Source: an uncultured Myxococcales bacterium (GTDB lineage Bacteria > Myxococcota > Kuafuiibacteriia > Kuafuiibacteriales > Kuafuiibacteriaceae). From it: a stretch of 64,000 nucleotides of DNA. Each line of letters begins with the position of its first letter. The stretch's first letter is position 1. The notes beneath the pieces are model-generated. The model saw only the letters and a list, made by a program, of their open reading frames with translations, was not told the origin of the DNA and searched no databases. Of this stretch, positions 48,048-60,902 are shown one piece after another. The stretch is taken from positions 44,814 to 108,813 of the forward strand of contig CAZFIV010000012.1 in NCBI GenBank assembly GCA_964519665.1, written 5' to 3'. Both the position numbers and the translations under genes were made by a program.

Positions 48048-51041
48048 CTAGGAACGGCCAAAAGGCGCCGTGGGAAGAGCGTAGGTGGCTTTGCTCGGCT
48101 TGAGCGGCCGCTTGAGCCAGAACGGGCGCCGAGTGCCGTCGGGGCTGTGGTCGACGCTCGACCGCGTGAGCCCCACCCACTCCCGATACACCTGCATCGA
48201 CCGGTTCGTATCGACGTACACATCGCCGAACTTCTCGTTGCCTTGGGCCTTGCGCACGCTCACCGCCTTCTGCAGCCAGCAGTGCGCACCGCTGATCGGG
48301 TCGGGGTGCACGGCGTGGGTCAAGTTTTGGTGCACACCGACGTCTTCCCACCACACCCGCGCGGTATCGGGGTCGAAGCTCGAATAGGCCTTCGCGCCCT
48401 GCTTCACGGTGAGGGTGTGGCCGCCCGTTCCGTCCTCGGCGAGGCTGACCAGGTTCGACATACCGGGGTTCACGCCGGTGCCATCTTGCAGACGCCACCG
48501 TCCGAGGTGGTGGCTCATCGCGATCACCCCTGGCTTGATGCCTTCGGTCACCCACACTCGGTCGACGAAATAGCCGATCTCCGTCTCGACCCGAACGAGG
48601 TCGCCGGTCGCCACACCGAGACGGGTCGCGTCGACCGAATTCATCCACACCGGATTCTTGTGGCTGATCTCGTATAGCCACTTCGCGTTCGCGCTGCGGG
48701 TATGAATGAGGGTCGGAAGCCGGAAGTTGGGCAGCAACAGCATCTCGCCCCGGTCCCGATCGATGTGGCGGGGATGCACGTGGCTCTCCAGGGGCCACGG
48801 GACCGTGTATCGCTGCTCGGGCCAGCCCCAGTTGTGGAGCGTCGTACTGAAGAACTCCAACCGTCGACTCGGCGTCTCGAAGCCCTTGCACGCGTCACCG
48901 TCGACCATGAGACCCACTGCCGTGCCGTCGGATTTCAAGACCCGACCGCGCTCGTCGACGGTGGTCGCCCCCGTGTCGACCGGCTTCAGGTAAGGCGCGT
49001 AGTTCTCCTTCACCACCTCGAAGCAAGCATACTTGCGCATGTACTCGAGCGGCTTCAACCCCTCGGCGGCGGCCGCCTCGGGGAGGCCGGGTACGGAGTT
49101 CTCGAAGATCCACTGATAGTACTCGTCGACGGTGATGATCTCGCCGGACCGGAAAGGACTCTCAAAGTGCTGGCGAATGCCCAGCGAACCGTCCGGATCC
49201 ATGCGGTCGGACAGGTCGATCCACAGCTCATTCTCCTCCCAAACCTCGCCGGGATTCGCTTCGTAGGTCCGGTTGACCTTCTGCCCGAGCTTCTCCATCG
49301 CGACCCGACGGACCGGCTGCCGAAATCCAATCCATTGCCCAGCGTGGGTCTCCTGGCTCATGAGGTCGTGCCGCTCGCCGGCGTGACCCATCGGCAGCAC
49401 GTAGTCCGCAAACCAAGCGGACTCGTTCCACGTCGGCGTCAGAGCAACATGGAGCTTGAGTTTTTCTTCATCCCGAAGGGCCTTCAGCCACATGAATCCG
49501 TCGGGATTGATCCACATCGGGTTGTAGACCCGAGTAAAGTACACATCGACGTCACCTCGCCCTTCCTCGAGGAAGTGGGGCAACAGGAACGACATCTCAT
49601 AAAAGGCGAACGGCCACTCGTGGGGCAAATGCAGCTCGTTCCAGCTCTCGATGGCCGGCGGGACTTTGAACGGCTTGGGCACGAACTTGTTCCAACTGTT
49701 GCCCGATGTACCGCCCTTGGTACCGACCCCACCGGTCAGCACGCTCAAGAAGAATAGGCAGCGGGCGATCTGCCAGCCGCCGAGATTGCCGATGGTCGCC
49801 GAACGCCAGGTATGAGCGGCCAGCCGGCCCTCGCAGGCCGCTACCATCTCCGCCGCCTCGACGATCCGTTCAACGGGTACCAACGCTTCGTCGGCCGCTC
49901 GTTGGAAGGTAAAGGGCGCGTACAACGCCTTCAAGACCCGGTCGAAGACCTCGAAGTCGACGTCTCCGCGCTCTTCTCGAGCCCGCAGGAAGGCGACCTT
50001 GACTCCTTCATCGCTGTCGCTCTCGGGGAGCATCTGCAGATATTCTTGCCAGTTCGTCCACCGCCGGACGAACTCTTTGTCGTACAGATCGTTCTGAATC
50101 AGGTGGTTGGCGATGGCCAGCAACACCCACCCTTCACTGCCCGGCCACGTCGGCAACCACACGTCGCTCTTAGCCGCGGTGTTCGACAGCCGAGGGTCGA
50201 AGGTGATCAGTTTGGCCCCCTTCTCCTTGCCCTCGATGATCCGCTGAGCGTGAGGATTGAAGTAGTGACCGGTCTCGAGATGACTCGACACCAATAGAAT
50301 GCACCGGGCCTCGGAGTAGTCAGGGCTGGGTCGATCGAAACCGGCCCAGAAGTGGTAACCCGCCCGGGCGCTCGACGAGCAGATATTGGTGTGTGAGTTG
50401 TGACCGTCGACGCCCCACGCTTGAATGCAACGGTTGGTGTATCCGTCTTCGCCGGGCCGTCCGACGTGGTACATGATGCCATCGCGTCGACGCTGCCGGC
50501 TCTGCCGCATCTTGCCCGCGATGTCGTCGAGCGCCTCGTCCCAGGTGACCCGCTTCCACTTGCCCTCGCCGCGGGCACCCACCCGCTTGAGTGGATAGAG
50601 GATCCGCTCGGGGTCGTACACCTGGTTGTGGGTCGCCGGGCCCTTGGCGCAGTTGCGACCGCGGCTACCGGGGTGCACGGGGTTGCCTTCGAACTTCTTG
50701 ATCTCCAGCGTCGTTCGGTCGACGTAGGCCAGGAGACCGCAAGCGCTCTCGCAGTTGAAACAGATGGTTGGGATCAGCATGTACCGTCGCGGCACTCGGC
50801 GCGGCCAGGCCCGTGGATCCCACTCGACCCAATCGTCCCACTTTTCGGCCGGAGGATATTGGCTCATCCGGCCGTCAGGATGCTGGACGACGGTCAACTT
50901 GACCGGCTCTTGAGTGTGTTCCCCGAACGACGGAAGGTCTTGTCCGCCTACGTTGGTCGGCGCACGTCCTGCGGGGCGCGGCGTAACGCGAGACCGCCCC
51001 ATGAGGCGATCTAGAAACGAAGGTGCCGTATAACCTGCCAT
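48048..51041 (-). CDS. DMSO-reductase-family molybdopterin oxidoreductase, catalytic subunit, no Tat signal
   Basis: CFNCESACG...C [4Fe-4S] motif, RILYPLKR, HNSHTNICSS (probable Cys ligand), DPRLS, DYVLP and C-terminal VWMNSVDA. No RRxF motif in the N-terminus. Confidence 0.92.
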   Translation of the reverse strand: MAGYTAPSFLDRLMGRSRVTPRPAGRAPTNVGGQDLPSFGEHTQEPVKLTVVQHPDGRMSQYPPAEKWDDWVEWDPRAWPRRVPRRYMLIPTICFNCESACGLLAYVDRTTLEIKKFEGNPVHPGSRGRNCAKGPATHNQVYDPERILYPLKRVGARGEGKWKRVTWDEALDDIAGKMRQSRQRRRDGIMYHVGRPGEDGYTNRCIQAWGVDGHNSHTNICSSSARAGYHFWAGFDRPSPDYSEARCILLVSSHLETGHYFNPHAQRIIEGKEKGAKLITFDPRLSNTAAKSDVWLPTWPGSEGWVLLAIANHLIQNDLYDKEFVRRWTNWQEYLQMLPESDSDEGVKVAFLRAREERGDVDFEVFDRVLKALYAPFTFQRAADEALVPVERIVEAAEMVAACEGRLAAHTWRSATIGNLGGWQIARCLFFLSVLTGGVGTKGGTSGNSWNKFVPKPFKVPPAIESWNELHLPHEWPFAFYEMSFLLPHFLEEGRGDVDVYFTRVYNPMWINPDGFMWLKALRDEEKLKLHVALTPTWNESAWFADYVLPMGHAGERHDLMSQETHAGQWIGFRQPVRRVAMEKLGQKVNRTYEANPGEVWEENELWIDLSDRMDPDGSLGIRQHFESPFRSGEIITVDEYYQWIFENSVPGLPEAAAAEGLKPLEYMRKYACFEVVKENYAPYLKPVDTGATTVDERGRVLKSDGTAVGLMVDGDACKGFETPSRRLEFFSTTLHNWGWPEQRYTVPWPLESHVHPRHIDRDRGEMLLLPNFRLPTLIHTRSANAKWLYEISHKNPVWMNSVDATRLGVATGDLVRVETEIGYFVDRVWVTEGIKPGVIAMSHHLGRWRLQDGTGVNPGMSNLVSLAEDGTGGHTLTVKQGAKAYSSFDPDTARVWWEDVGVHQNLTHAVHPDPISGAHCWLQKAVSVRKAQGNEKFGDVYVDTNRSMQVYREWVGLTRSSVDHSPDGTRRPFWLKRPLKPSKATYALPTAPFGRS

Positions 51042-51048
51042 GTGGTCC

Positions 51049-52719
51049 TCAGGAGTTCGGGATGTGTTGGGGCGCCATTACGAACGCGTATTCGAACCAA
51101 TAGAGGCCGGCGATCACCGCGACCGCGGCCGCGCCGGCTAGAACCGGAGATGAACCGAGCAGCAGCAACCCGAACGGAACCAGGTGGCCCACCAAGACGC
51201 TGCCCGTCCAAAAGTGATGGCGATACTTGCCCCGTGTAATGTCGTGAGCGGCGGCCGCGGCCACGTCGGTCGCGTGGGGCATGCCGAACTCGCCGACCAG
51301 GGTCACGAACAGGTCGACGCCGAGGCTGACCATCCAGACCCACCACACCAACGACATCAACCCCTCGGGCGCGTCGAGCACCACGGACAGCAGGCCGAGC
51401 GTTGCTGCGCCCACCATGAGCGCTTGAATCAGAAGATGAGCCGGCAGCAAGGTGCTCTGCCAAAGGTCGCGGCCCTCGGCCTGGCCGAAGAGGAAGGCCG
51501 TGTACACGGCCGTGCCCACCGCCAACGGAGTCCCCGCTGCGAGAAGAGCGGTGCGCGCCGTCGCGACCGAATCCGTCCACCCGAAATAGGCCGCCGCTTC
51601 CACCAGCAACCACAGGCCCGCGACGACCGAAAAGCCGATCAGAATGAACGCGCCGCGCACCAACCAGCTTCGCCACTGCGGAAACCGAAGAATGCTCAGA
51701 AAGCGGGTTGGACGCTCGAGATCATAAATGAGAAGCGCGGTCGTCACGCCGATCGACCCGACCGACACTGCGGCGGCCAGCAACGCATAGGGCGCGTCGC
51801 CGCCGAGGGGCATGAGCCCGAGCCCCCACGCCACCGCCATGATCAGGAAGATGCCCGCGCCGATGCCCTTGGTGACCAGATACGCCGGCACCGGCCAGTG
51901 CCAAGGCACGTGATGCTGGGCGTTGTAGCCCACCTGAACCATATGCTCGGCCATGCGACCGGGCGCGAGCTGAATGGGACCACCGGCGGGGTGACCTTGG
52001 TCGGCGGCCGACCGAATCGGGGTGCCCGACGGGGCGCGCCCGAGCTCCGGTTCTGCCTCTGCGCCGGCGTGAAGGGGGCCGTTCGAGCCCGGCGTTCCGT
52101 ATTCGGCCTCCGACACGACCTCCGCCCACATGAAGGTAGACGGGGTCGCGGTCGCGGTCGGAGTCAGAGCGACCGCGTCACCATCGATGTAAAAGAGCTT
52201 CGGCCCGGTCCCTTGTTCCGGCTTGCGAACCGCGACCTTCTCTTTGGTCAACACTCGGCTTATTTCGGAGGCCGGATCGTCGAGGTCGCCGGCGATGATC
52301 GCGTGCTCCGGACAGACCACCACGCAGGCCGGCTCCAGGCCCAGGTCCGTGCGGTGCGAGCAAAAGTGGCACTTGCTGGCGGTGCCTGAATTCGGGTCGA
52401 TGTGAATGGCATCGTACGGACACGCCTGCAGACAGGCTTTGCATCCGATGCAGCGATCCGGGTCGAACTCGACGATGCCATCGTGGCGCTGGTACATCGC
52501 GGTGACCGGGCAGATGCGAACACACGGAGGGTTCGCGCAGTGGTTGCATCGCGTCACTTGAAATGTGCGCTGGGTGTTGGGGTACTGGCCGTGCTCCGTG
52601 TATTTGACCCACGTCCGATACACGCCCAGCGGCACTTCGTTTTCGCTTTTGCAGGCCGTCGAACAGGCGTGACAGCCAATGCAAGTGCGGTTGTTGATGA
52701 CAAACCCGAAGTTCGGCAC
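51049..52719 (-). CDS. fused NrfC/DmsB-type 4x[4Fe-4S] protein and NrfD/PsrC-type membrane anchor
   Basis: CIGCHACSTAC, CNHCANPPCVRICP, CIGCKACLQACP and KCHFC...CVVVCP, then WHWPVPAYL, DLERP and about 8 TMs. GGAG RBS before GTG 52719. Confidence 0.92.
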   Translation of the reverse strand: MPNFGFVINNRTCIGCHACSTACKSENEVPLGVYRTWVKYTEHGQYPNTQRTFQVTRCNHCANPPCVRICPVTAMYQRHDGIVEFDPDRCIGCKACLQACPYDAIHIDPNSGTASKCHFCSHRTDLGLEPACVVVCPEHAIIAGDLDDPASEISRVLTKEKVAVRKPEQGTGPKLFYIDGDAVALTPTATATPSTFMWAEVVSEAEYGTPGSNGPLHAGAEAEPELGRAPSGTPIRSAADQGHPAGGPIQLAPGRMAEHMVQVGYNAQHHVPWHWPVPAYLVTKGIGAGIFLIMAVAWGLGLMPLGGDAPYALLAAAVSVGSIGVTTALLIYDLERPTRFLSILRFPQWRSWLVRGAFILIGFSVVAGLWLLVEAAAYFGWTDSVATARTALLAAGTPLAVGTAVYTAFLFGQAEGRDLWQSTLLPAHLLIQALMVGAATLGLLSVVLDAPEGLMSLVWWVWMVSLGVDLFVTLVGEFGMPHATDVAAAAAHDITRGKYRHHFWTGSVLVGHLVPFGLLLLGSSPVLAGAAAVAVIAGLYWFEYAFVMAPQHIPNS

Positions 52720-52743
52720 GAGGGCTCCTCCGAACGACGTCGA

Positions 52744-52759
52744 CGCAAAGGTTGTGCCG
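52744..52759 (-). promoter_or_regulatory. sigma54 (-24/-12) promoter for the Mo-enzyme operon
   Basis: Minus strand CGGCACAACCTTTGCG = GG-N10-GC, with GC ~26 nt upstream of the GTG. Confidence 0.7.
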
Positions 52760-52878
52760 TTCCTCACGACGCTGCATCGCGCCCGCCCATGTCGCCGCTG
52801 TTTCAGAGCTTTGAACCATCGGTGCTACCTTTATGAAACGGTGGTGAGGTTGCCGCTCACTTGGGCAACGGTCGCCGC

Positions 52879-52894
52879 CGGCACGCGGCTTGCG
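52879..52894 (+). promoter_or_regulatory. sigma54 (-24/-12) promoter for the persulfide dioxygenase gene
   Basis: CGGCACGCGGCTTGCG = GGCACG-N4-TTGC, ~60 nt upstream of the ATG. Confidence 0.7.
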
Positions 52895-52952
52895 ACCGCG
52901 GCCTCGACGCACGGTTCAGTCGAGTTTCGCTAGACCGATCAGGAGGCCCACT

Positions 52953-53969
52953 ATGCTCTTCAGGCAGCTCTTCGACGCTCAGTCATGCACATATAGCTAT
53001 CTTCTTGCGGACGCTTCCGGTGCCGCGGTGCTCATCGATCCCGTCCTCGAGCAGGCCGAACGCGACATCCAGCTGATCAAGGAGCTCGGCCTAGAGCTGG
53101 TGCACACGATCGAGACACATGTTCACGCCGACCACGTGACTGCCTCCGGCGTCCTTAGAAATCGCTTGGGCAGCCGAAGTGTCATGTCGCGGCACGCGGG
53201 GGTCGGCTGCGCCGACGTCATGATCGGCGACGGCGACATCGTCTCGTGCGGCGAATTGCGGCTGGAAGTGCGACAGACGCCTGGCCACACCGTGGAGTCC
53301 ATTTGTTTGGTCACCGAAGACAAGAAGATGGCTTTTACGGGTGACACCCTTTTGATTCGAGGATGCGGCCGCACCGACTTTCAAGCCGGTTCTCCGCAGG
53401 AACTCTACCGCTCGGTGCACACCAAGATCTTTTCGCTTCCGGACGGCTGTCTCCTGTACCCGGGCCACGACTACAAGGGCCGGACCGTCACCACCGTGGG
53501 CGAAGAGAAGGCTCACAACCCGCGCTTGGGGGGCGGAAAGACCGAGGCTGAGTTCGTCGAGATCATGAACAACCTCAACCTGCCCCGCCCCAAGCTGATC
53601 GACGAGGCCGTTCCGGCCAACCAGCAGTGCGGATTCGAGCGGCCGTCGATCAGTCGATCCAGCGACGGCGTTCCGGAAGTCAGCGTCGACTGGGTGCGGG
53701 CGAACCAAGGAACCGTCCGGTTGATCGACGTGCGAAGCGAAGCCGAGTTCAACGGCGAACTCGGTCACATCGACGGCGCAGAGCTGGTGGAGCTCGAAAC
53801 CGTGGCCGCCACCGCCGCCGACTGGAACCGCGACCAGACCATCGTCATGATCTGTCGCAGCGGTGGGCGTTCGGGTCGGGCGGCCAAGGCCCTCGAAGAG
53901 ATGGGCTTCAAGAACGTCACCTCGATGGCCGGCGGCATGCTCGCCTGGAACCAGCGGGCCGCTTCGTAG
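52953..53969 (+). CDS. persulfide dioxygenase (ETHE1-like MBL fold) fused to rhodanese
   Basis: AGGAGG RBS, MLFRQLFD, ETHVHADH, TPGHT, FTGDTLLIRGCGRTDF, PGHDY and C-terminal CRSGGRS. Confidence 0.92.
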   Translation: MLFRQLFDAQSCTYSYLLADASGAAVLIDPVLEQAERDIQLIKELGLELVHTIETHVHADHVTASGVLRNRLGSRSVMSRHAGVGCADVMIGDGDIVSCGELRLEVRQTPGHTVESICLVTEDKKMAFTGDTLLIRGCGRTDFQAGSPQELYRSVHTKIFSLPDGCLLYPGHDYKGRTVTTVGEEKAHNPRLGGGKTEAEFVEIMNNLNLPRPKLIDEAVPANQQCGFERPSISRSSDGVPEVSVDWVRANQGTVRLIDVRSEAEFNGELGHIDGAELVELETVAATAADWNRDQTIVMICRSGGRSGRAAKALEEMGFKNVTSMAGGMLAWNQRAAS

Positions 53970-54137
53970 ACCCGCCCGGGATCAAGGCTCACGCAACGCG
54001 GCGAGCTCGGCCGGCTGATCTCCCAGAACCCGCTTTTCGTCCAGATCGACCCGATCGCGAACGCGTCGTTCAGGCGCGCTTGATTCAGCGAAGCGGTCGC
54101 CGACCAACACTCAGGAGTCCGCTCACGGGAGATATCC

Positions 54138-54989
54138 ATGTCGTTTGCATTGTCCATCGTCTGCGTTGCGACCGCGGTCGGGAATCCGCCCTCGACCTCG
54201 CTCGAAGACCACCCCCCGACCACCATTTTGAAGCACGTCCGCCCCGGCACCCTTCGCGCCGGAAAGGACCAGTGGCGAGTCATCGATTTTCGGACCGGAG
54301 GTGTCAGCCGAGTCAGCAAGATTCAGCTCGACGCCGACGGTCACCTCGGCGCGCTCGAGCAGATCCTTCCTGCGCCGGGGAGCGTCGAGTTCTCGACCGA
54401 GGTCGAGCTCCTGAGCCGGGATACGATTCACGACCCGACGGCCGGGTTGGTGCCGACCCGCGGGGGCTTTGGGCTCGTGAGCGACCTGAAGCATCTCGAG
54501 TTGTCTTGGTACCGAGATTCAGCCAGCACGACGGTGCCGCTGCAGGCCACCGCGCTGCGGGTCTATATCTACGATCCGGACCTCGGCGCCGAGGGCACGT
54601 CGTACACCCTCGTGTGGGAACCCTTTTACAACGGCTATGCGACCCTCCCGGGACGCAGCGTCCCCACGGACACGTGGATTCGTTCCAACGTCACCGACGA
54701 CTTCTTCTGGCGAACGCCTCTGTATCTCGATGGTCTTCGAGTCCCCACCGACTTTTGTCGGCAGAACTCGCGAGAGTGCTACATTTTCAATCGAACGATC
54801 GGCGAGTGGGACTTCGGTCCCCGGGCCGTGATCTTCGGGTTGAGCCTCGCCGCTGGCTCTGGATGGAGCGGCAGCTATCAAGGGTACGTCGACCACGTGG
54901 TGATGGAGGTCGACGACCAGCGCTGGGCCTGGGATTTTGCGCCGGGTCGCCGCTACGCGCTTTCGAAAGCAAGCAAAGCTCAGAAGTAG
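54138..54989 (+). CDS. secreted hypothetical protein, beta-rich
   Basis: GGGAGA RBS, hydrophobic N-terminus, aromatic-rich LSWYR / LVWEPFYNG segments. Confidence 0.7.
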   Translation: MSFALSIVCVATAVGNPPSTSLEDHPPTTILKHVRPGTLRAGKDQWRVIDFRTGGVSRVSKIQLDADGHLGALEQILPAPGSVEFSTEVELLSRDTIHDPTAGLVPTRGGFGLVSDLKHLELSWYRDSASTTVPLQATALRVYIYDPDLGAEGTSYTLVWEPFYNGYATLPGRSVPTDTWIRSNVTDDFFWRTPLYLDGLRVPTDFCRQNSRECYIFNRTIGEWDFGPRAVIFGLSLAAGSGWSGSYQGYVDHVVMEVDDQRWAWDFAPGRRYALSKASKAQK

Positions 54990-55016
54990 GAGACCGCCGA
55001 CGAAGTCGGCGGTCTC
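54990..55016. terminator. perfect GC-rich hairpin between convergent genes
   Basis: GAGACCGCCGAC-GAA-GTCGGCGGTCTC (12-bp stem) immediately after the stop; no U-tract. Confidence 0.55.
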
Positions 55017-55067
55017 GCCGGTCAAGAACCAAGCTTCGGGCGTCGATTCGACCCCCGAAGCCCGACT

Positions 55068-55718
55068 TCAGCTCGCGAGGACGCCGATCGGGCAGGAGAC
55101 CCCGGTGCCACCGAGACCGCAATAACCACCCGGATTCTTGGCGAGGTACTGTTGGTGGTAGTCCTCGGCGAAGTAGTACGGGGGAGCGTCCAGGATCTCG
55201 GTCGTGATGTCACCGTAGCCGGCCTCACCCAACTTGGCGGCGAACATCGCCTTCGATTCCAGGGCAGCCGCTTTCTGCTCGGCCGAGTACGTATAGATGC
55301 CCGACCGGTACTGGGTACCCACGTCGTTTCCCTGCTGCATGCCCTGGGTCGGATCGTGGCTCTCCCAGAAGATCTTGAGCATCTCGAGATAGCTGGTCTT
55401 CTCTGGATCGAAGACCACTTGGACCACTTCGTTGTGCCCCGTCATTCCGCTGCACACCTCGCGGTAAGTCGGGTTGGGCGTGTGGCCGGCGGCGTAGCCG
55501 ACCGAGGTCGTGTAGACGCCCGGCGCCTCCCAGAACTTACGCTCGGCCCCCCAAAAGCAGCCCATGCCGAACATCGCGGTCTTCGTGCCTTCGGGGAACG
55601 GAGGCTTCAGCGGCGTACCGAGCACGAAGTGCTGAGCCGGGACCGGCATCGGTTCGGCCCGGCCCGGAAGCGCCTGGTCGGCGGAGGGGATCTGAAGCTT
55701 CTTCGTGCTAAAGAACAT
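55068..55718 (-). CDS. msrA: peptide-methionine (S)-S-oxide reductase
   Basis: [22 protein letters not shown] and AEDYHQQY. Confidence 0.97.
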   Translation of the reverse strand: MFFSTKKLQIPSADQALPGRAEPMPVPAQHFVLGTPLKPPFPEGTKTAMFGMGCFWGAERKFWEAPGVYTTSVGYAAGHTPNPTYREVCSGMTGHNEVVQVVFDPEKTSYLEMLKIFWESHDPTQGMQQGNDVGTQYRSGIYTYSAEQKAAALESKAMFAAKLGEAGYGDITTEILDAPPYYFAEDYHQQYLAKNPGGYCGLGGTGVSCPIGVLAS

Positions 55719-55725
55719 CGCTACC

Positions 55726-56646
55726 TCAATATCTAGGCACCGTGTTGTCGACGTGCAGCGCCCACGCGTCGATTCCCCCGGTCATGTTGAAGACGTTGCG
55801 GAAGCCCCGTGCGGTGAACCGTTCGGCCATGGCCTGGCTTCGCGGACCGTGATGGCAGTGGAAGACCAGCATCGTGTTGCGGTCCCGATCCATGAGCTCT
55901 CGCTCGTACTGCGCATCCAGGAGTCGTGCGGCCTCGATACGAGCGATCTTGGCCTCCTCGGGGGTGCGAACATCGATGAGGTCGAGCTTCTCGCCGGCTT
56001 CGAGCTTGGCCTGTACGTCTTCGGGGGCGATCTGACGAACCCGAGCAGGAGCATTGGGGTTGTCGATCTTGAATCCCCCTTGTTCGCCGGGAACGAAGTC
56101 GATGACGACCCCGTTGGCCCGCTGGGCGGTTCCGGTGTCCATGATGACCTTCAGCCCATTGGCATCGACGGTGACGTCGATCGGACCGGCCGCGTCGAGG
56201 TCCAGGCCGGGTCGAAAAGTGGGATCGATCATCAGACGAACCGACGTGCCCGGCTGCTCGGACAGGGGCCCTTTGAGGGCCTCGGAGGCCGCGTCGGTGA
56301 TCGTAATGGTCGGCGGCTCGACCTGCGGCGGCTCGCGGCCGAGGATCTTGAACAGCTCGCCGCTTTCATACTTTTGAACGACGATGTCGCAGCCACCGAC
56401 GAACTCGCCCTTGACGTAGAGCTGCGGAATCGTTGGCCACTCGGAAAATTCCTTGATACCCTGGCGGACTTCTGCGTCTTCGAGCACGTTGATCGTCTTG
56501 TACTCGGGAAGCACCGTGTCGAGGATCTGAACGACCTGGGCCGAGAAACCGCACTGCGGCATCCGACGGTGCCCTTTCATGAAGAGCACGACCTCGCTCC
56601 CGTCGATGGTGTTCTGGATTTGGGCTCGAACGTTGTCACTCAGCAT
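55726..56646 (-). CDS. grxD: monothiol glutaredoxin (Grx4) fused to HesB/IscA-like and rhodanese domains
   Basis: LFMKG...PQCGFS and WPTIPQLY...GG, then ITITDAA...GFKIDNPN, then DVRT...CHHGPRS. The start was trimmed to ATG 56646 (GGAG RBS). Confidence 0.88.
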   Translation of the reverse strand: MLSDNVRAQIQNTIDGSEVVLFMKGHRRMPQCGFSAQVVQILDTVLPEYKTINVLEDAEVRQGIKEFSEWPTIPQLYVKGEFVGGCDIVVQKYESGELFKILGREPPQVEPPTITITDAASEALKGPLSEQPGTSVRLMIDPTFRPGLDLDAAGPIDVTVDANGLKVIMDTGTAQRANGVVIDFVPGEQGGFKIDNPNAPARVRQIAPEDVQAKLEAGEKLDLIDVRTPEEAKIARIEAARLLDAQYERELMDRDRNTMLVFHCHHGPRSQAMAERFTARGFRNVFNMTGGIDAWALHVDNTVPRY

Positions 56647-56662
56647 TATAAGGACTCCTCCT

Positions 56663-59542
<2,880 letters not shown>

Positions 59543-59710
59543 CGGACGCTCACGCGGCGGTGATACCGCCGCATACGCCTGTCTAGCGTCGCCGAGATAG
59601 GGGCACAAGCTCCAATCGCGGCCGCCGCAGGGCGCCAAGGGGCCTCCCCTGGGGTGCGCGCTCCTCGTTCCAGGTCGAGTCAAGGCCCCGCGATGCTCGT
59701 CGAACGCCGA

Positions 59711-60259
59711 TCAGGCTACCGTCCATTTTCGGACCATCCGAAGGACGGACGCGTCCGTATCGTAGGTGTGAACTTCGTCCCGCGGAACCCACGCCAACGC
59801 GTGCGACTCTTCGCTGACCACGAACTGCGCGCCGGCAGGGGCGACGACTACGAACCGAACGTCGTAGTGTAGATGAGCCGGCTCGCTCTTGCGAGCGGGG
59901 ATCTCGTGGATATCGATATCAAAAATCTCGGGGCATCGCAGGGAGAGGTCCGAGATTCCTGATTCCTCGACCGCTTCACGCAGGGCAACTTGCCGGATAT
60001 CGGGGTCACCGTCGGCGTGACCTCCGGGCTGAAGCCACAGATTGAGCTTTTTGTGATGGGTGAGCAGCGTCGCTCGTTGGTCATGGTTCAAGACCCACGC
60101 CGACCCGGTCACGTGGCCCTCGAGAAGGCTTCGTTCGAAGCAGTCGGGGTTCGCGGCGACAAAGGCCATCATACGTTCCGCGTCGGCGCGCTCTTCGTCA
60201 GTGATACGATCGCTGGCCTGGTAGGCCGCCAGCGCCTCGAGCAGGGGGCGTCGATGCAT
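59711..60259 (-). CDS. NUDIX hydrolase
   Basis: GHVTGSAWV, PGGHADG..IRQVALREAVEESG and HYDVRF. Confidence 0.92.
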   Translation of the reverse strand: MHRRPLLEALAAYQASDRITDEERADAERMMAFVAANPDCFERSLLEGHVTGSAWVLNHDQRATLLTHHKKLNLWLQPGGHADGDPDIRQVALREAVEESGISDLSLRCPEIFDIDIHEIPARKSEPAHLHYDVRFVVVAPAGAQFVVSEESHALAWVPRDEVHTYDTDASVLRMVRKWTVA

Positions 60260-60359
60260 GCTCGGGCCATAGCGCTCCGCCCATCGCCAGACAACGCAGG
60301 GCCCGCAGCGCCAACAACAATCTCGGGAAATCCGAGGCCATCTGTGTTGTTGTGACTCC

Positions 60360-60902
60360 GTGGGTTGGCTTGTACTCCTGTTCGTTCTCGTTCCCGCTGT
60401 CGAGATCTATATCCTTATCAAGATCGGCAGCATCTTCGGGGCCTTACCGACCCTTGGGCTCATCGTGCTCACCGGGATGGTCGGGGCCAACCTCGCCCAG
60501 CGCCAGGGCTTGAGTGTGCTCGAACGATTCCGAGCGGAGACCCAGGCGGGACGCCTGCCGGGAGACGCTCTCTTCGACGGGGCCATCATTCTCGTTTCAG
60601 GCGCGTTGTTGCTCACCCCCGGCGTGCTGACCGACGTCGTCGGGTTCCTAGGGCTGTTGCCGCCCACCCGGGCGGCTATCAAGGCGTTGATCCGTCGTTC
60701 CCTCGCCAAGGCGGTGTCGAGGGGTCAAGTGCGGGTCCATACCTACGTTGTGGGTGTCGAACCGACCGATTTTCGCGATCCTCGAGCGCCTATGCACGGG
60801 GTCCCCCATCGGGCCCCACCCAACATTCGTGGTGCTGGACCCGTTATCGACATCACGCCCCCAAGCGACAACACCGATGAGGTCCCACCACGGCGCGACT
60901 GA
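60360..60902 (+). CDS. fxsA: FxsA family membrane protein
   Basis: VPAVEIYILI and GALLLTPGVLTDVVG. Confidence 0.9.
   Translation: MGWLVLLFVLVPAVEIYILIKIGSIFGALPTLGLIVLTGMVGANLAQRQGLSVLERFRAETQAGRLPGDALFDGAIILVSGALLLTPGVLTDVVGFLGLLPPTRAAIKALIRRSLAKAVSRGQVRVHTYVVGVEPTDFRDPRAPMHGVPHRAPPNIRGAGPVIDITPPSDNTDEVPPRRD

Noticed and set aside
55068-56646. Selenocysteine in msrA, Grx4 or rhodanese domains
   Set aside because: The catalytic positions are ordinary Cys codons and the frames are uninterrupted.
59543-59710. Glycine riboswitch upstream of gcvP
   Set aside because: The conserved aptamer segments (GGAGA...CCGAAG, CUCUCAGG) are not visible.
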